In this document: piece by piece, positions 28,753 to 42,592 of the stretch
Numbering within the stretch: the first letter of the stretch is position 1
Layout: each line of letters opens with the position of its first letter
Origin: Podarcis liolepis
Taxonomy: Eukaryota
Strand: one strand, 5' to 3'
Assembly: GCA_965112155.1 (NCBI GenBank)
Contig: OZ218099.1
Length of the DNA stretch: 64,000 bases
Notes under the pieces: generated by a model
What the model was told of the DNA's origin: nothing
The model's input: only the letters and a program-made list of their open reading frames with translations
The model's database searches: none
Position numbers and translations under genes: made by a program

Positions 28753-30644
28753 TCAGATGCTATATTACTTGTAATTGGGGCAAGAGTGGTAGAATCTGAC
28801 AGCAATTTCACGTGCAAACTCTGGCAAATCTGGAGATAGCCCATTGGTTGAAACTGAATCATTAAAACAAGAAATTAGAACAGAGTACACTTGAGAACTC
28901 TTCATGTGTAAGAGCTTATTGCCATCCTCCTCTGGGACAGAGTTTAACCCTCCAGTGTAAATAGTCTATTCAAGGAGCACTTAGTGTCTCGTCCAGTGCT
29001 AAGTTGGGCTCCTGATTTAATGGGATGGACTTAGGTTGACACTCAAGTTTTGAACACAACCTTGCAAAAGGTGTCAGGGGCCTTTAGAAATCTGAACAAC
29101 GTCTCTGAGGAATAAACATCACCCCTGGAGTGAGTGTTTTAAGTGGCAGTGAAATTAATGAAATTGAACATTTCTGGAACTCCTTGAAATTTCCTCCTAC
29201 CTGCTGGAAATATTGCAATGGGGAAATTCTGGGAAGGGAGATTCCATATGCAACAGGGATGGGGAACTTCTGACCCTCTAGGTCACATCCCATCAGATGT
29301 CAAGGAAGAATCAACTATCTGACTTTTGGAAGACGCCTGAAAGCAGCCCTGTATAGGGAAGTTTTTAATGTTTGGTTTTTACTGTGTTTGATGTTTTAAT
29401 TTGTTGGGAGCCACCCAGAGTGGCTGCGGCAACCCAGTCAGATGGGTAGTGGCACATAAATAAGTTGTTGTTGTTGGTGGTGGTGTTGTGGGACTCCAAC
29501 TCCCATCAACCCCAACTTGCATGGTCAGGGATGATGGGAGTTGTAGTCCAGCCATTTATGGATGGTCCCAGGTTCACTGATCCTGATATGCAGGATGTCT
29601 CCCATAGAGAGAATATAATTTTTTTCCTAATGGTGGAAAGCAGAAGCCCAGCCTAATGTTTGGAAGCTAGACATAGTCGGTGGGAACAGGAAAGCCATGT
29701 AGATTTCAGACACTTGACCTCAGGCAAACCTGGGGGGAAAGTATCTGCTGATACCTACCTGTGGTACTTCCATTGCCATCACAGGACTTGAGGGAGGAGG
29801 TCCACCTTTTGATCAATGGTGGTCCTTTACTCACTTGAAGCTGTATAAAAAAACTTGACCACAGATAGCACTTTGTACTGAAGTTTGGAACAGGGCCTGT
29901 AACAGTACGTGCTATTCAACATGAAAGAACCCAGAGGTTGCTGAAACAATGGTTTTGTGAGCTGGACAATTGCTTAGGAAGTGTTTTGGGATTTTTTAAA
30001 AGGGGGTTGCAAATCCACAAGTTGAAGCTTGCGATGGCACGAAAATATGATGAGGTGACAACTGCAGTGTTTTCCTCTCCTTGCCAATATGCCTCTTAGC
30101 ATTATTTTACGATCAACAACAGAATGAAGAATGGGGATAGGTACATAAAATGAGAAAGCTGTGGCTTTACCATCTGTCAGCCCTTAAAAAAAAAAATTCA
30201 ATTCCCTCCTGTTCTCTGAACTGATTGCAGCAGTTGCTGAAAGGAAGGAAGTCACCTTAATTTTCTCCTCTCATTTCAGCCGTTGGTATTGCTTTGTGTT
30301 TCTGTACATTATCTCTGCCATTCTTCCCCCTCCACCGCCATTGTTTCCTCCACTTCTCCAGCTACTGATATAATAGATCTTGTCAGTCTCACAACCACAC
30401 GAAAACGTCGCATGGTATTCGCTCCCTGCCTTTCAAAAAAAATACCATTGATGAACTTTCTCTAGACACAAAGATTCAGCTATTCGTTTAATCAATCGTG
30501 TTAGAGCTTTCTTTTTCGCCTGCCCCTCCAATAGGGTAACAGTGCAGTGAGTTTTATCCTTGGGGGAAATATGCCTCTGAAACGCCTTCCCATCGCAAAG
30601 CTGAGCCACAAGAAACATAGCAGAAATATTAGGAGCGTAAGAAC

Positions 30645-30892
30645 CTTGAAAAGGGGATTAGACAAATTCATGGGGGAGAGGACTATCGAAGGCAACTAGC
30701 CATGATGACTATGCTCTGGCACTACAGTTGAAGGCAGCAATGCTTATGAATGACAGTTGCTGGAAACCATGGCGGTTGGGGTGAACGCTCCTCTGCTTGG
30801 ATCCTGTTTGCAGGCTTCCTATAGGCATCTGGTTGGTCATTGTGAGAAAAGGATGCTGGACTACATGGGCCACTGGCCTGATCCAGCAGGCT
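30645..30892 (+). mobile_element. CR1-type LINE 3' end
   Basis: KRGLDKFMGERTIEG* C-terminus followed by a 3' UTR ending GCCTGATCCAGCAGGCT. Confidence 0.65.
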
Positions 30893-31683
30893 GAATCCTG
30901 ACAAGACAGAAGTACTGTTTTGGGGGGACAGGAAGTGGGCGGGTGTGGAGGACTCCTTGGTCCTGAATGGGGTAACTGTGCCCCTGAAGGACCAGGTGCG
31001 CAGCCTGGGAGTCATTTTGGACTCACAGCTGTCCATGGAAGCGCAGGTCAATTCTGTATCTAGGGCAGCAGTCTACCAGCTCCATCTGGTACGCAGGCTG
31101 AGACCCTACCTGCCCACGAACTGTCTCGCCAGAGTGGTGCATGCTCTAGTTATGTCTCGCTTGGATTACTGCAATGTGCTCTATGTGGGGCTACCTTTGA
31201 AGGTGAACCAGAACTACAACTAATCCAGCTAGAGTGATGACTGGAAGCAGCTGCCAAGACCACATAACACCGGTCTTGAAAGATCTACATTGGCTCCCAG
31301 TACGTTTATGAGCACAATTCAAAGTGTTGGTGCTGACCTTTAAAGCCCTAAACGGCCTCAGTCCAGTATACCTGAAGGAGCGTCTCCACCTCCATTGTTC
31401 TGCCCGGACACTGAGGTCCAGCGCCGAGGGCCTTCTGGCGGTTCCCTCACTGCGAGAAGCCAAGTTACAGGGAACCAGGCAGAGGGCCTTCTCGATAGTG
31501 GCACCCGCCCTGTGGAACGCCCTCCCACCAGATGTCAAAGAGAAAAATAACTACCAGACATCTGAAGGCAGCCCTGTTTAGGGAAGCTTTTAATGTTTAA
31601 CAGACCACTGCATTTTAATATTTGTTGGAAGCCGTCCAGAGTGCCTAGGGAAACCCAGCCAGATGGGCAGGGTATAAATAATA

Positions 31684-31737
<54 letters not shown>
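30890..31737 (+). mobile_element. L2-clade LINE, 5'-truncated, with (ATT)n tail
   Basis: VRSLGVILDSQLSM...LVHALVMSRLDYCNVLYVGLP...LHWLP...FKVLVLTFKALNGL...RAFSIVAPALWNALP. Confidence 0.92.
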
Positions 31738-32474
31738 CTCATGTTCTTTTGAATAGCCTGCTGGATCAGGCCAATGGGGCCCATCTAGTCCAGCATCCTG
31801 TTCTCACAGTGACCAACCAGACAGCTGTGGGAAACATGGAGTTCTACAACAGGATTTCTCAGTCAGTTCCATGGTGAGTCTCTCCAGGTCTAGAAGAACT
31901 AACATTGGCATTTTGTCTTCTCAGGTCAGATCTCTATTGTCATCTCCTTCTGCACTGCAAGACAAGCCAAGGCAGTGAGGAGAGGCTTCTTAACCCTTTC
32001 CTCCAGCACTACCAGTTGCTTCCCTCCCCCTCCCAGATGAAAAGAAAGATAAGCATGGCGGGGTGGAGGTAGAGAGACAGATGGATGGAAAGATCTGGAT
32101 GGATAATATATAAATCAACTCAGATCTTATGTTGGGTTTAGAGCGCAAAGCAGGAAATCTGGGTCAGGGAGATCCATCCATGCAAAGCAGAAATTACATT
32201 TGCATGGAGTATTGTTGCACAATACGTTATAACCAGCAACATGTGTATTAGCAAAATGCAACAGCAGTGTACTGAAGACTTATGTTGTTGCAGGGCCAAA
32301 TTAGACATGAAGTAGGAAAACGGTGAACACAATCTCCCTTTGGTTTTCTGTTTTTCCTAGAATCATAGAGTTGGAAGAGACCCTGAGAATCATGCTGTAT
32401 TGTTTTTAACACTTGATTGGGAGCCGCTCAGAGTGGCTGGGGAAACAGCCAGATGGGCGGGGTATAAATAATAA

Positions 32475-32519
<45 letters not shown>

Positions 32520-32999
32520 ATTAATGTCCAACCGTCTGCAATGCAGCTCAAACCTTGGTGTTGTCAGCACCACACTCTAAACCAAGTGAGCAATCCAGCT
32601 TGTTAGTTTGTTTTTACGCATTAGCAGCTTCAACTTACATGGCTACTTTGGAGATCAAATAATGTGTAATTATCACCCCTCTCTCCTGCACCTGCTATTA
32701 TGGAGGAAAGCAAATAAGTATGGTATGGATTTCTTTATTATGCACTGCTTTTACACAAATTAGGAATCCACAAAGCAAAAGCAACATACCAATATAGTAA
32801 AGACACTTGTATCTTCGACTCTGAAACTAATGGCACCTTCAGGAAGAGGCTGATTTAGAGTGCGACTTCTATTACTACAAAAAAACAAAACAATGGGAGA
32901 GCCTAATCATGTCAAATTTGGCCCTTAGTTATTACATGTGCATCACACAAAGTTTTATAAAAGATAGTCCACAAAACCTACAGGCTGGTTCACATATGA

Positions 33000-33000
33000 A

Positions 33001-33058
<58 letters not shown>
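33000..33058. repeat. (ATT)n microsatellite
   Basis: Direct reading. Confidence 0.95.
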
Positions 33059-33060
<2 letters not shown>

Positions 33061-34620
33061 TATAAAAGATAGTAAAGAGGTTTTTTCTTTGTAACAACAG
33101 AACAGCCTGTACTTAAATCACAATTATAACATCTGGGGCTGCATATACACTATATAATTAAAGCTCACACACCACAAAAAAATTATTGGGAACTGTAGTT
33201 TGTTCAGGGTGCTGGGAATTGTAGCTCTATGAAGGGTAAACTACCATTACCAGGATGTTGTGGGGAAGGGTTGATTTCAATGTATGTTGTGTGCACAGCC
33301 TAGGTGAATAAAAATGTCTTTACCTGGCACTGAAATTACCATAGATTTTCCCACTGAAAATCTCTAGGGAAGCTCAAAAGGAATGTTTGGTGCGGGTGCT
33401 GGAACCAAGGATAGAGCCCTGAGCTTTCTTTCCAAGATCAGGAAAAGCTCGCTCTTTTATCGGGGGAAAAATGCTCACAATTGCACCTCCATAACTAATA
33501 GGCGTCTTGCAATGGATCTGTTACAGCAGAAGCCACAGGAGTTCTCATATTGCTGCAAGGATCTCAGCTCCACCTGGGATTAAATGGCTGAATTAAGTAC
33601 AGCCAGAAAACTCCTTCCAACCCACACTTGTGTGCTTTCAAACCTCCTGAGTTTTAAAGCCATTTAGTCTCTGGTATATATTGCTAAAGCGGCTTTGCGA
33701 GCTCCTACAACACGCAAGGCAGGGGGCTGGAGTGGGAGGGTGGATCCTTTAAAAACATAATTGCTGTTTGCTTTGTAATTCCTCCGTGGACAATTAAAGT
33801 TACACAAAGAACCCTTTCAGCAATTCCAGGCAGGGTGTGCAGAATAGTTAACCAGCTCCTATTCACACAGCTGAGTCTTGAGCCTGCCTGTTGTTGTTTC
33901 TGACCTTCTAGTTGTCACCGCTTCTGAGTGCAAATATGCGTCTGTGTACCTTTAAAGCAATTTTAATATAAGCCAGAAAACCAAAAGGCAAAGCAATGAT
34001 ATGAACTGGGTATGCCTTGTCTGCATCTTGCTAATCTGTCTAGAATGGTTTTCAGTGAGGTTGCTGCTGAATTTCACCCCAATGTTGAATTGGACAGATG
34101 GTTTGGAGATCTGCCCACTGTGGAACTGAAGCAGACTGGGAAATAAAGGCACAGGCAGTGGAAGTTGGTTTATTCAGGCTCAGTCGGACTTTAGCCAGCA
34201 TCTACCTGCCTGCCTTCTTACGTACATCCAGCCCAGGAGGTGGCACTGGTTGTGACCGCTTCCTCCTCTTTAGTCTCACTGTTGCCCTTGTAGAACTCAG
34301 GAAGGAGGAAGGTGGGGGCAAAACAAGAACTAGTTGGTTCTACCTGTCGTTGGCTCTGGTTCTATTGTTGGCCTGTGTGCTTTCTTCCTTAACAGTCTGA
34401 ATGGGCATCCACCACCCAAGGACCCAGGACTCGCAATACTCCAGCAGGAGCCACTTTAGTGCCACTGCTCACTTCATTGCTTGGGAAACATCTGGAAGCT
34501 GCCGTAATGGAGTTGTGGCATGCAGCCACAGCATGAGCTCTTGATACGTGGCCCAAGACTTATCACACAACTAGTGGCTTCGGGAAGAGTGGCAGAGCAG
34601 CAGCTCCCATGCCTCTAGAT

Positions 34621-34758
34621 CAGCGGTTTTCAACCTGTGGGTCCCCAGATGTTGTTGGACTAGAACTCCCATCATCCCTGAGCTCTGGCCTTCCAAGCTA
34701 GGGGTGATGGGAGTTGTAGTACAACAACATCTGGGGACCCACAGGTTGAGAAAGGCTG
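34621..34758. mobile_element. Palindromic hAT (Charlie-type) MITE
   Basis: Near-perfect fold-back; 8-bp TSD CTCTAGAT at 34613-34620 and 34759-34766. Confidence 0.88.
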
Positions 34759-37700
34759 CTCTAGATGATATGGGTAGCAGGCCAGGAGTCCAGTGGATTC
34801 CATTGTAGGTCAGGGGGGCTTCTTCGCTGATATTGTAGGTTCTGGCCTGCATGCACAGAGGCTGACACCATCAGATCACACCAGGAGGCTTTTGTGTGTG
34901 TGCACCATGGCTAATGTGTCTGGGACATGGCTGGAGATGCTAAAAAAGCCAGGGAAACTCCCTGGATCCTAACAAGTTTGCTAGTGGAACTGGGTTATAA
35001 TTCATATTGTGTTCCTGATATGTGGGATAACTCCTTCAGAAGACAGAAAATACAAGGTCCACAGTACATTTCAATAGAGGAAAAATGAGCAGTCCCATCA
35101 GGAGCTGAAACACAACTCTCTGCCCCCTCCCCCCAAAACATCAGGATGCTCTGCAAAGTTTGGTGGTGAATATTCTCTGTTGTTTGACACCACACTTTGA
35201 CATGTAAACGTTTGGCAGTGACTGACAGCTGGCATATGAGAGAGAAAAAGAATGTGACAGCATGTGACATATAGCAGTCAGTACTTGACCATATTCAACA
35301 ACGAACATGATGGAGCTTTCAGATTTTGACAGTAGCAGGCAAGTAGTATAGTCACTGAGTAAACATGCGTAGGACTGTACTGTAAAGGTGATCTGGTCAA
35401 TTTCAGCATTTTGTTTGCAGGTAGCTGCTGGCTAAAATTTAACAGAATATATCCATCTCAGTTCCTCTGGGTGTTGAATACAGAGCTCACAGAAACATTC
35501 CTCTGACAAGCAGAGGCACTTTTTTTCTTAATAGAAATGAAAGATAAATTCCATTTTTACAGTTAAAAAAGTTTTACTTTTACAGCATGCAAGATTAACC
35601 TGGAAGCCCTCAGGGGAAACCATACCTTGTATATATCTGCATGAGTCTCTGATCTGGGCAGGCCTCCTGACTGAAAGAAGGCAAGGGCAGAAGAGCGATT
35701 CATACAGAGATGTGGTGGACAGCCTCCCCATATAAACTGTATCTATACCTACCTATACCTATAAGCTGCATCTCTGCCTCCCGTCCCATCCCAGCTATTT
35801 TTATTTTGGGTTCCCCAGGATTCCTTCTCATTGTTTACAATCCACAACCAGAAATTTAAGTTTGCAATCAGAGCTGCAGCCGGCTTGGTAACACTCGGTT
35901 CTACCTGTGGCGACAGCTGATTGGATTGGATTGCAAACATCTGGTTAGTGATTACTTTCCTCTAGTAAAAAGGGGGGAATGGAAGCCAGACAGCAATAAG
36001 GGGTACAAAGAATGGGGCGAAAATGGTAGGGGGAGTGTCATGAAACAAACAAAATCAATCCAGTATTTTAAACAAGTTTGTTTTGCTCTCCCGTCAGCCA
36101 GATGATGTCAAGACTTAAAAGGTCGTCCCTCTGGCAGAGAAGGCAGACAGCCTTGGAATGACGGCAGAGTAATTGGTTGGTGCTTAAAGTCCAAGTTTTA
36201 AAGAGCTGAGAGTAATAACTCATTGGGAGGATATTGAGCACTCATCACAAAGGAGAAATATAGTCTCTATGGTGCACCATTTATCTGACAGCAAATCAGC
36301 ACCAGGTTCATTACTCTCTGCAGCCACAGCAGGAAAGCGAAGCGCAAAATTAGTAATAAACTGAAAAATGGAAGGGAAAAGAGTCAGGGGGCATATGTCT
36401 TATCAGGAAAAATCAAGGTCATCTCAAAGGCAAGCCCTGATCCTGTGTGCTTCCCTCCATCTTCCTAGAGCAGACAAAATTATCCTTAGAACAAAATCAA
36501 TATAATAGATTATATCTGCCCTGTCCGACATGGGGAGGAGGGGAGGAGCAGCAGAGACACCAATAATGTAAGTATAGGGGACACCTACCTTGTGAACAAC
36601 CTGCACAACACAGACATGGCCGGTCATTCAAATCATCTTAACTTTTGTAACGTTAATCAGTAGGGAACTCCCAGCAGCTACAGTGGGGCTGAACCAGGAA
36701 GTGCCTCCATAAGGAGCCACTTCACATTGTGGGGATTCAGAGCAATCATAGAACGGCAGAGTTGGAAGGAACCACACAGTTAGCTTTCTAGTTCAACTCC
36801 CTACAGTGCAGGAACATTCTGCACAACATGGGGCTTGAACCCCTGACAATCGATACTGATTAGAGTGGCATTGCTTGAACCTATATTGAGCTGAGCCATT
36901 TCTCTGAGGAAGGGCACTTTACAGAATTTTCTCAGAATATTCTCCGTCGTTTTCAGGTGGCAGCCAACATTCCACACACCCTACCCCCACACACCCTGCC
37001 CTACAATGACACTAGGTCCAGAACATTGCAGAAGATGCAAAATGGTGACATTTGCAGTGGCAGCAGCAACAATACCAAGACTTGGGCAGGGAGAGAGCTG
37101 GGAATAGTGCCTCTGCTATTGGTAAACCCCACCCTGAGAAACTGTTGGAAGATTTCTCTTCCCTCTGGAGCAATTGGGTAAAATGTTCCCTCCAGTTTTT
37201 CTGCCAATTAATATAGTGGAGAATTCCAGTATGCTACTTGTGCATAACTCTAATCCACTTGCCTAGGAATAAGCCCCCATTCGAGACAGTGACACATGCT
37301 TCCAAGTAAACATGGATAAATCTGCACTAAGAATGTGATGGATATTGATTGCAAAATATGACTGATTGTAAATAGGGGCCAATTTTAATTTGTGCAGCTG
37401 AAATCTAAGGGCACGCTAACTTTCTTGTGCTATTTCGGATCCGGTGAGTTACTGTAATAGGGATATTAAGGATGACATTTCCTTCTAACAATGAGTGGCT
37501 TTTGCTTATTTAATTCTAAGTTATCCCATACTATCTTCAAGATTATCAGAAAAGCACTTAAATTGAGGATTTTGAAATATGCAAATTTAATCGGTTAAAG
37601 GGCAGATGATAATCAACTACAGTTTCTTTAATTGGTTGAGAGCACTAATTAAAATGCAAAAAGCCCCAGGCACTCTTGAGGTATTGCATGCATTAACCCA

Positions 37701-38114
37701 ACACTCATTATAATTGCAACTGGATAGTGGATCACATTACTCAGGACGCACAACCCTAGATTAGTCTGGATCTCTGCTCTACCCAAGATTCATTGAAGGT
37801 GCTTTCAGAAACCACCCCTGGCTACTATGACAGTGCTGGACCAGGAAGCAGAGCAAGCAATGCCTCAGTAAGGAGTTTTTTCCATGTGCTGGAGATTCAG
37901 AGCTATCATTGCTAGGTATAGCTATGCTGAGCCTCCTAAGTCCTATTCATGCATATACTCACCCACAGCAGCTCGAGTGGGGCAATGCTTCTGCAGCTGC
38001 TTGTGCAAAGGATTCCCTTTTCAGACTCTGGTTCTCAACACTCAACGACTGGGGTAACGCAGTCATGGGAGCAGGGGTGGCCACTAGCAGCTGGCATGAT
38101 GCAGCCTGCCAACA

Positions 38115-38353
38115 GAAGAAGAAGAAGAAGAGTTTGGATTTGATATCCCGCCTTTCACTCCCCTTCAGGAGTCTCAAAGCGGCTAACAATCTCCTTTCCC
38201 TTCCTCCCCCAACAACAAACACTCTGTGAGGTGAGTGGGGCTGAGAGACTTCAAAGAAGTGTGACTGGCCCAAGGTCACCCAGCAGCTGCATGTGGAGGA
38301 GCGGAGACGCGAACCTGGTTACCCAGATTACGTAACCACTACACCACACTGGC
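38115..38353 (-). mobile_element. tRNA-derived SINE, Squam3/MIR-related, (CTT)n tail
   Basis: Minus strand GCCAGTGTGGTGTAGTGGTT A-box head, CTCAGCCCCACTCACCTCACAGAG core, TCCAAACTCTTCTTC tail. Confidence 0.8.
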
Positions 38354-38414
38354 ATCCCCACCACTTACTAGGAGATGCCAGCACCAGTGAGTCTGGGTCT
38401 GTGTAGGCTCAAAG

Positions 38415-38767
38415 CAGGCCCGTCTTAAGCATGTCCAGCGCCATGGTGCAAAGCTCCCTCCAGCACGCCTCTCCCCCGTTTCCCAGAGTTGTTGATGGCA
38501 CTGCCAGCGGGGCTGGAGGTGGCGGGCAGCAGCTGGAGAGTGGCTCCTCTGGCGGGGAAGAGGCAGAGGCTGGCCGATTCGTTCCATGGTGGCCACAGCA
38601 GACGGAGGCTCTGGGTGTGGTGCTGCTTTGGCACGGGCGCCATGGCGGAGGCGGGTGAGGGAGGCGAGCTGATGCAAGGAAGCGCCGCATCCAGCCACTG
38701 CCTCTTCCCTGGCACCCTCCAGAACTTGGCGCCCTGCGCCACTAGCATCTATGGGTAAGACGCCCCG
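38415..38767. mobile_element. GC-rich hAT-type non-autonomous element
   Basis: CAGGCCCGTCTTA / TAAGACGCCCCG termini; 8-bp TSD GCTCAAAG at 38407-38414 and 38768-38775. Confidence 0.8.
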
Positions 38768-39165
38768 GCTCAAAGTAGAGCCAATCCAGTTCTCCATCTG
38801 GTGTGGCCGTGATGCCTTGATCTCACCACCCCTCTGTCCTGTCACTGCCCAAGTAGGCAGGAGTGCTGCCACTGTCTGACAGGCACCTTTGCCACCAATG
38901 CCTTACCAGGCCAGCCATTCCCAGACTCCCCAAGTGTCCCCATTTTCCAGGGACAGTCCTGCTTTTACAGAAGCCATCCCAGTTTCTGGTTTGATCCCGG
39001 AATGTCCCACTTTTCCTTAGGATGTCCCTATTTTCATCAGAGAAATGTTGGAGGGTAAAGAATTATGTGACCCCCTGAGCCAAGGAGATAAGTAACTAGA
39101 CAATGTTTAGAAGACATCTGAAGGCAATGCTGTATAGGGATTTTTTAAATGTTTAATGAGTGGTG

Positions 39166-39227
39166 TATTATTATTACTATTACTATTACTATTACTATTA
39201 CTATTACTATTACTATTACTATTATTA
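39166..39227. repeat. (TATTAC)n microsatellite
   Basis: Direct reading. Confidence 0.9.
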
Positions 39228-40894
39228 AATAGAATGTCCCTATTTTGGGTATGTCACTATTTTATTGTTGTTACCCCATATTGTAAAAGTACTTCAAAAG
39301 TATTAAGACTTTACTTCATATGACTGCTGGAACAGAAAACCTAAGCTTTACAAAGCCCTTTGGGCAGCTAAATTGCTACGAAAATTGTTAACAATTATTT
39401 AACTAAACTAGGGCAAATTCTCATCTGCCTGGAAGCTGCCTGAGTGTTGTGACATGATGTCATACAGTTTTTAATCCACTGTGTGATAGTCCTGTGTGAG
39501 TTGTTGCTTCCTTCTTGCTTCTGCATTTACACACACACACACACAAACACACACACACCCTTGACCTTTTTCTTTTTTTAGAAAAAAAACATTGACGAAA
39601 TATCAGAGCCTATAATCAATGTAAATTCTGTGCATCCAGCATGCATCATTTCAGACAAGTCTCCTTTTTGACATTCCTTGCACATCAAGTCCTTGGAAGG
39701 CACCTCAAGCCAAGTGCCTCCTCCCCAAATCTGTGCCATCCACAATCATTACTCACACGCTCAGATTTAGCCTCCCTATCTGGCTAATTGCGACTTGTGC
39801 TCATTTGTCTAAATGGAGTGTATAGAAATGCAATTAAACAAAATTAGTTACTGTATCACAGAAAGAGTCGGTGCCGGCTGCTATAGCAACCAAGGAGAGC
39901 ACATCCTCTGCTAAATTTCATGGCAATAATGACAAATCCGTCTGCAGCTAAAGTGGGATGTAAGGCCATAAAAATGACCGTTTGCTGCCTTATTTTGTGG
40001 TGCCTGGTCCTTGAAATGAGTATAAATTTTGCCTCTGATGGCGATGGTTTCGTTGTTGTTGTTCTCGTTTCTGGGCTTAGTGGGAAATGGCAAAAGACTG
40101 AAATGAAGAAGCTTGTCAGGTCCACAAATGTTGATGGAGCAATCCCATGGAGTTTAGAAGGCATTTCAGTTCCATTTATAATCAACGAGACTTGATTTTG
40201 GGATGTGTAACTGCACTGGATTGTGGTAGATATTGCATAGGCTGCCTGTCTACTCATGACTATCTTGCAATGTTTTATAATTACACAGGATCTGGATCCC
40301 GCCAACCCCTATGCCAGGTATGGGGAACCTTTGTCTCTCCAGATGTTGGAAGACTACAGCTCCCATCATCCCTAGCCATTGGTCATGCTCCGTGGGGCTG
40401 ATAAGAGTTGTTGCTTAGGAACATCTGAAGGGCCAAAAATTCCCCACACCTGCCTTATGCCATGACTTAATGGGAACTGATGAGCTTCAGCTGCCTAATT
40501 GTTTCCTAAGCACCACCACTCAGACAATGAAGACATATGCCTCTTAAAAAAAAAATACTTACTGATGCTCTGTTATGGACAATATTTATTGAAGGTAAGT
40601 ATTTAGGAAATACGTTTCCAAAATATTTATCAGGTGAAGTAGTCAAACATTGATTTAAAATGAATTACCATCCAAGCAAGTAACAAAGGCAAAATATTTG
40701 TGTTGTCATCGTTTTTACATGAAATCAAATAAGACTACAAACCTGTGCACAGTTCCCTCAGACTAGGTCCCATAGAACTGAGTAAACATGTATGGGATTG
40801 CACTGGAAAAGACAAAAAAAAAAGGGAAATTCATGTGTGCTTGAAAAGCTGGTGTTTGTTTGAGCCTTAAGTGGGCTCAAACTGTCCTTGATTG

Positions 40895-41358
40895 CCCTTG
40901 GATAAGAGAAGACTGAGAAGTGATGTGACACCTCTCTTCAAATATCTGAAGAGCTGTCACATGGAAGGTCAAGGAAGCTTGTTTCCTCCTGCTTCATGAG
41001 GTTGGACTGGAACCATTGGATTCAAATACAAGAAAAGAGATTCCAACTAGAACTTTCTGAAGGTAAGAGCTGTTCAACAGTGGAATGGACTACCTCGAAA
41101 GGTGGTGGACTCCTCTTCATTGGCTTATCAGCCAATCGGGCTAGAGATCTGGCATTACCAATGGCTACTAGCCATGAGGACTATGTTGTATCTCCACTGT
41201 CAGAGGTGCTATGCTTCTGAATACCTGCTGCTGGAAACCGCAGGAGGGGAGAGTGCTGTTGTGCTCAAGTCTTGCTTGTGGGCTTTCTATGGGCATTTGA
41301 TTGACCACTGTTAGAAGATGAGCCATTGGCTGATCCATCAGAGCTCTTCTTACGTTAT
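40895..41358 (+). mobile_element. Two adjacent CR1-type 3' fragments
   Basis: AGAAGACTGAGA..TCTTCAAATATCTGAAG (RRLR..FKYLK); the second part matches the 30645 3' UTR. Confidence 0.6.
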
Positions 41359-41413
41359 CTTCTGATAGGGTGATGAAATAAAAAAGAGAGTGGTGCTCCT
41401 GAGCTTTTAACAG

Positions 41414-41459
<46 letters not shown>

Positions 41460-41978
41460 TGCATTTTTTTATCACATGCTGAGCTTCACCTGCACAAATG
41501 GCAGTCTGTACAGAAGTATGAACCATGACCTTCTTTGCATCCTACCTTGCGTCTGACAAGTGCAGCCTGCAATGCTCTGTGAGGTCTCAGTGCAAAAGAT
41601 CAGTTCCCTCAAGTGGAAGGGAGAAGTTTGACAGGTCCGGCATTGCGTGCCACCTTGCCTGCAGAAGCTCAGGCAGGCTCTAGATCAAAAGGCAGCGAGC
41701 TGGCACAGCTGTCAGGTTGAGGAAATTCAGAAGTGCATGAAGGGTATGCAAACTCCCTGCAACATAGCCACCCCTGTGTCCTCTCAGCTGCCCAGTGGCC
41801 CATTGAATGAACATGTTCTGCACCTAACTGTCCCTTTAGAATTGCCCTTTTCTGCATGCACATAGACACGCACAGGAGAGACTGCAGATTTCTCTAAAGA
41901 TCCCAGAAGCAATATTTCATTTCTGTGTGCTGTCCCTCCAAGCCATAATCTCTTACACTGAGATTATGCACAACACTA

Positions 41979-42220
41979 CAGTGGTACCTCGGGTTACATA
42001 CACTTCAGGTTACATATGCTTCAGGTTACAGACTCCGCTAACCCAGAAATAGTGCTTCAGGTTAAGAACTTTGCTTCAGGATAAGAACAGAAATCATGCT
42101 CCGGTGGCACGGCAGCAGCAGGAGGCCCCATTACCTAAAGTGGTGCTTCAGGTTAAGAACAGTTTCAGGTTAAGAACAGACCTCTGGAACGAATTAAGTA
42201 CTTAGCCCGAGGTACCATTG
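41979..42220 (-). mobile_element. Tigger-like MITE (same family)
   Basis: CAGTGGTACCTCGGGTTA ... CCGAGGTACCATTG, TA TSD. Confidence 0.9.
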
Positions 42221-42592
42221 TACTTATTTAGCCTCTTTTAATCAACACTCCTTCCCACCCCTACTTTTTGGGAGGGTACCTGATCCTTCTACATAACACA
42301 TTTGCTGTATCTAATATTACCTGAGTTCTTCAGAGAATTTTACAGCTGCAAAAGAGAAGCTACCTGAGTCTATGCTGCACTGCAAAGCCAAAGTGAGGAA
42401 AATAGCTCTTGATGATCCTATCAGATAATAGTCCTTCATTAACTAAAACGGAAAATGTAAAGGCTGTTTTTATAGCAGAGTTCGCCTGGGAATAGGGAGA
42501 AGCTGGAAGGATTTGTGTGACGACTCCTGAGGATGCATCCAGAGGGGTATTTATTATGGGATGGCGCTCATTTTCTTTTTTCAGCGTCCACA

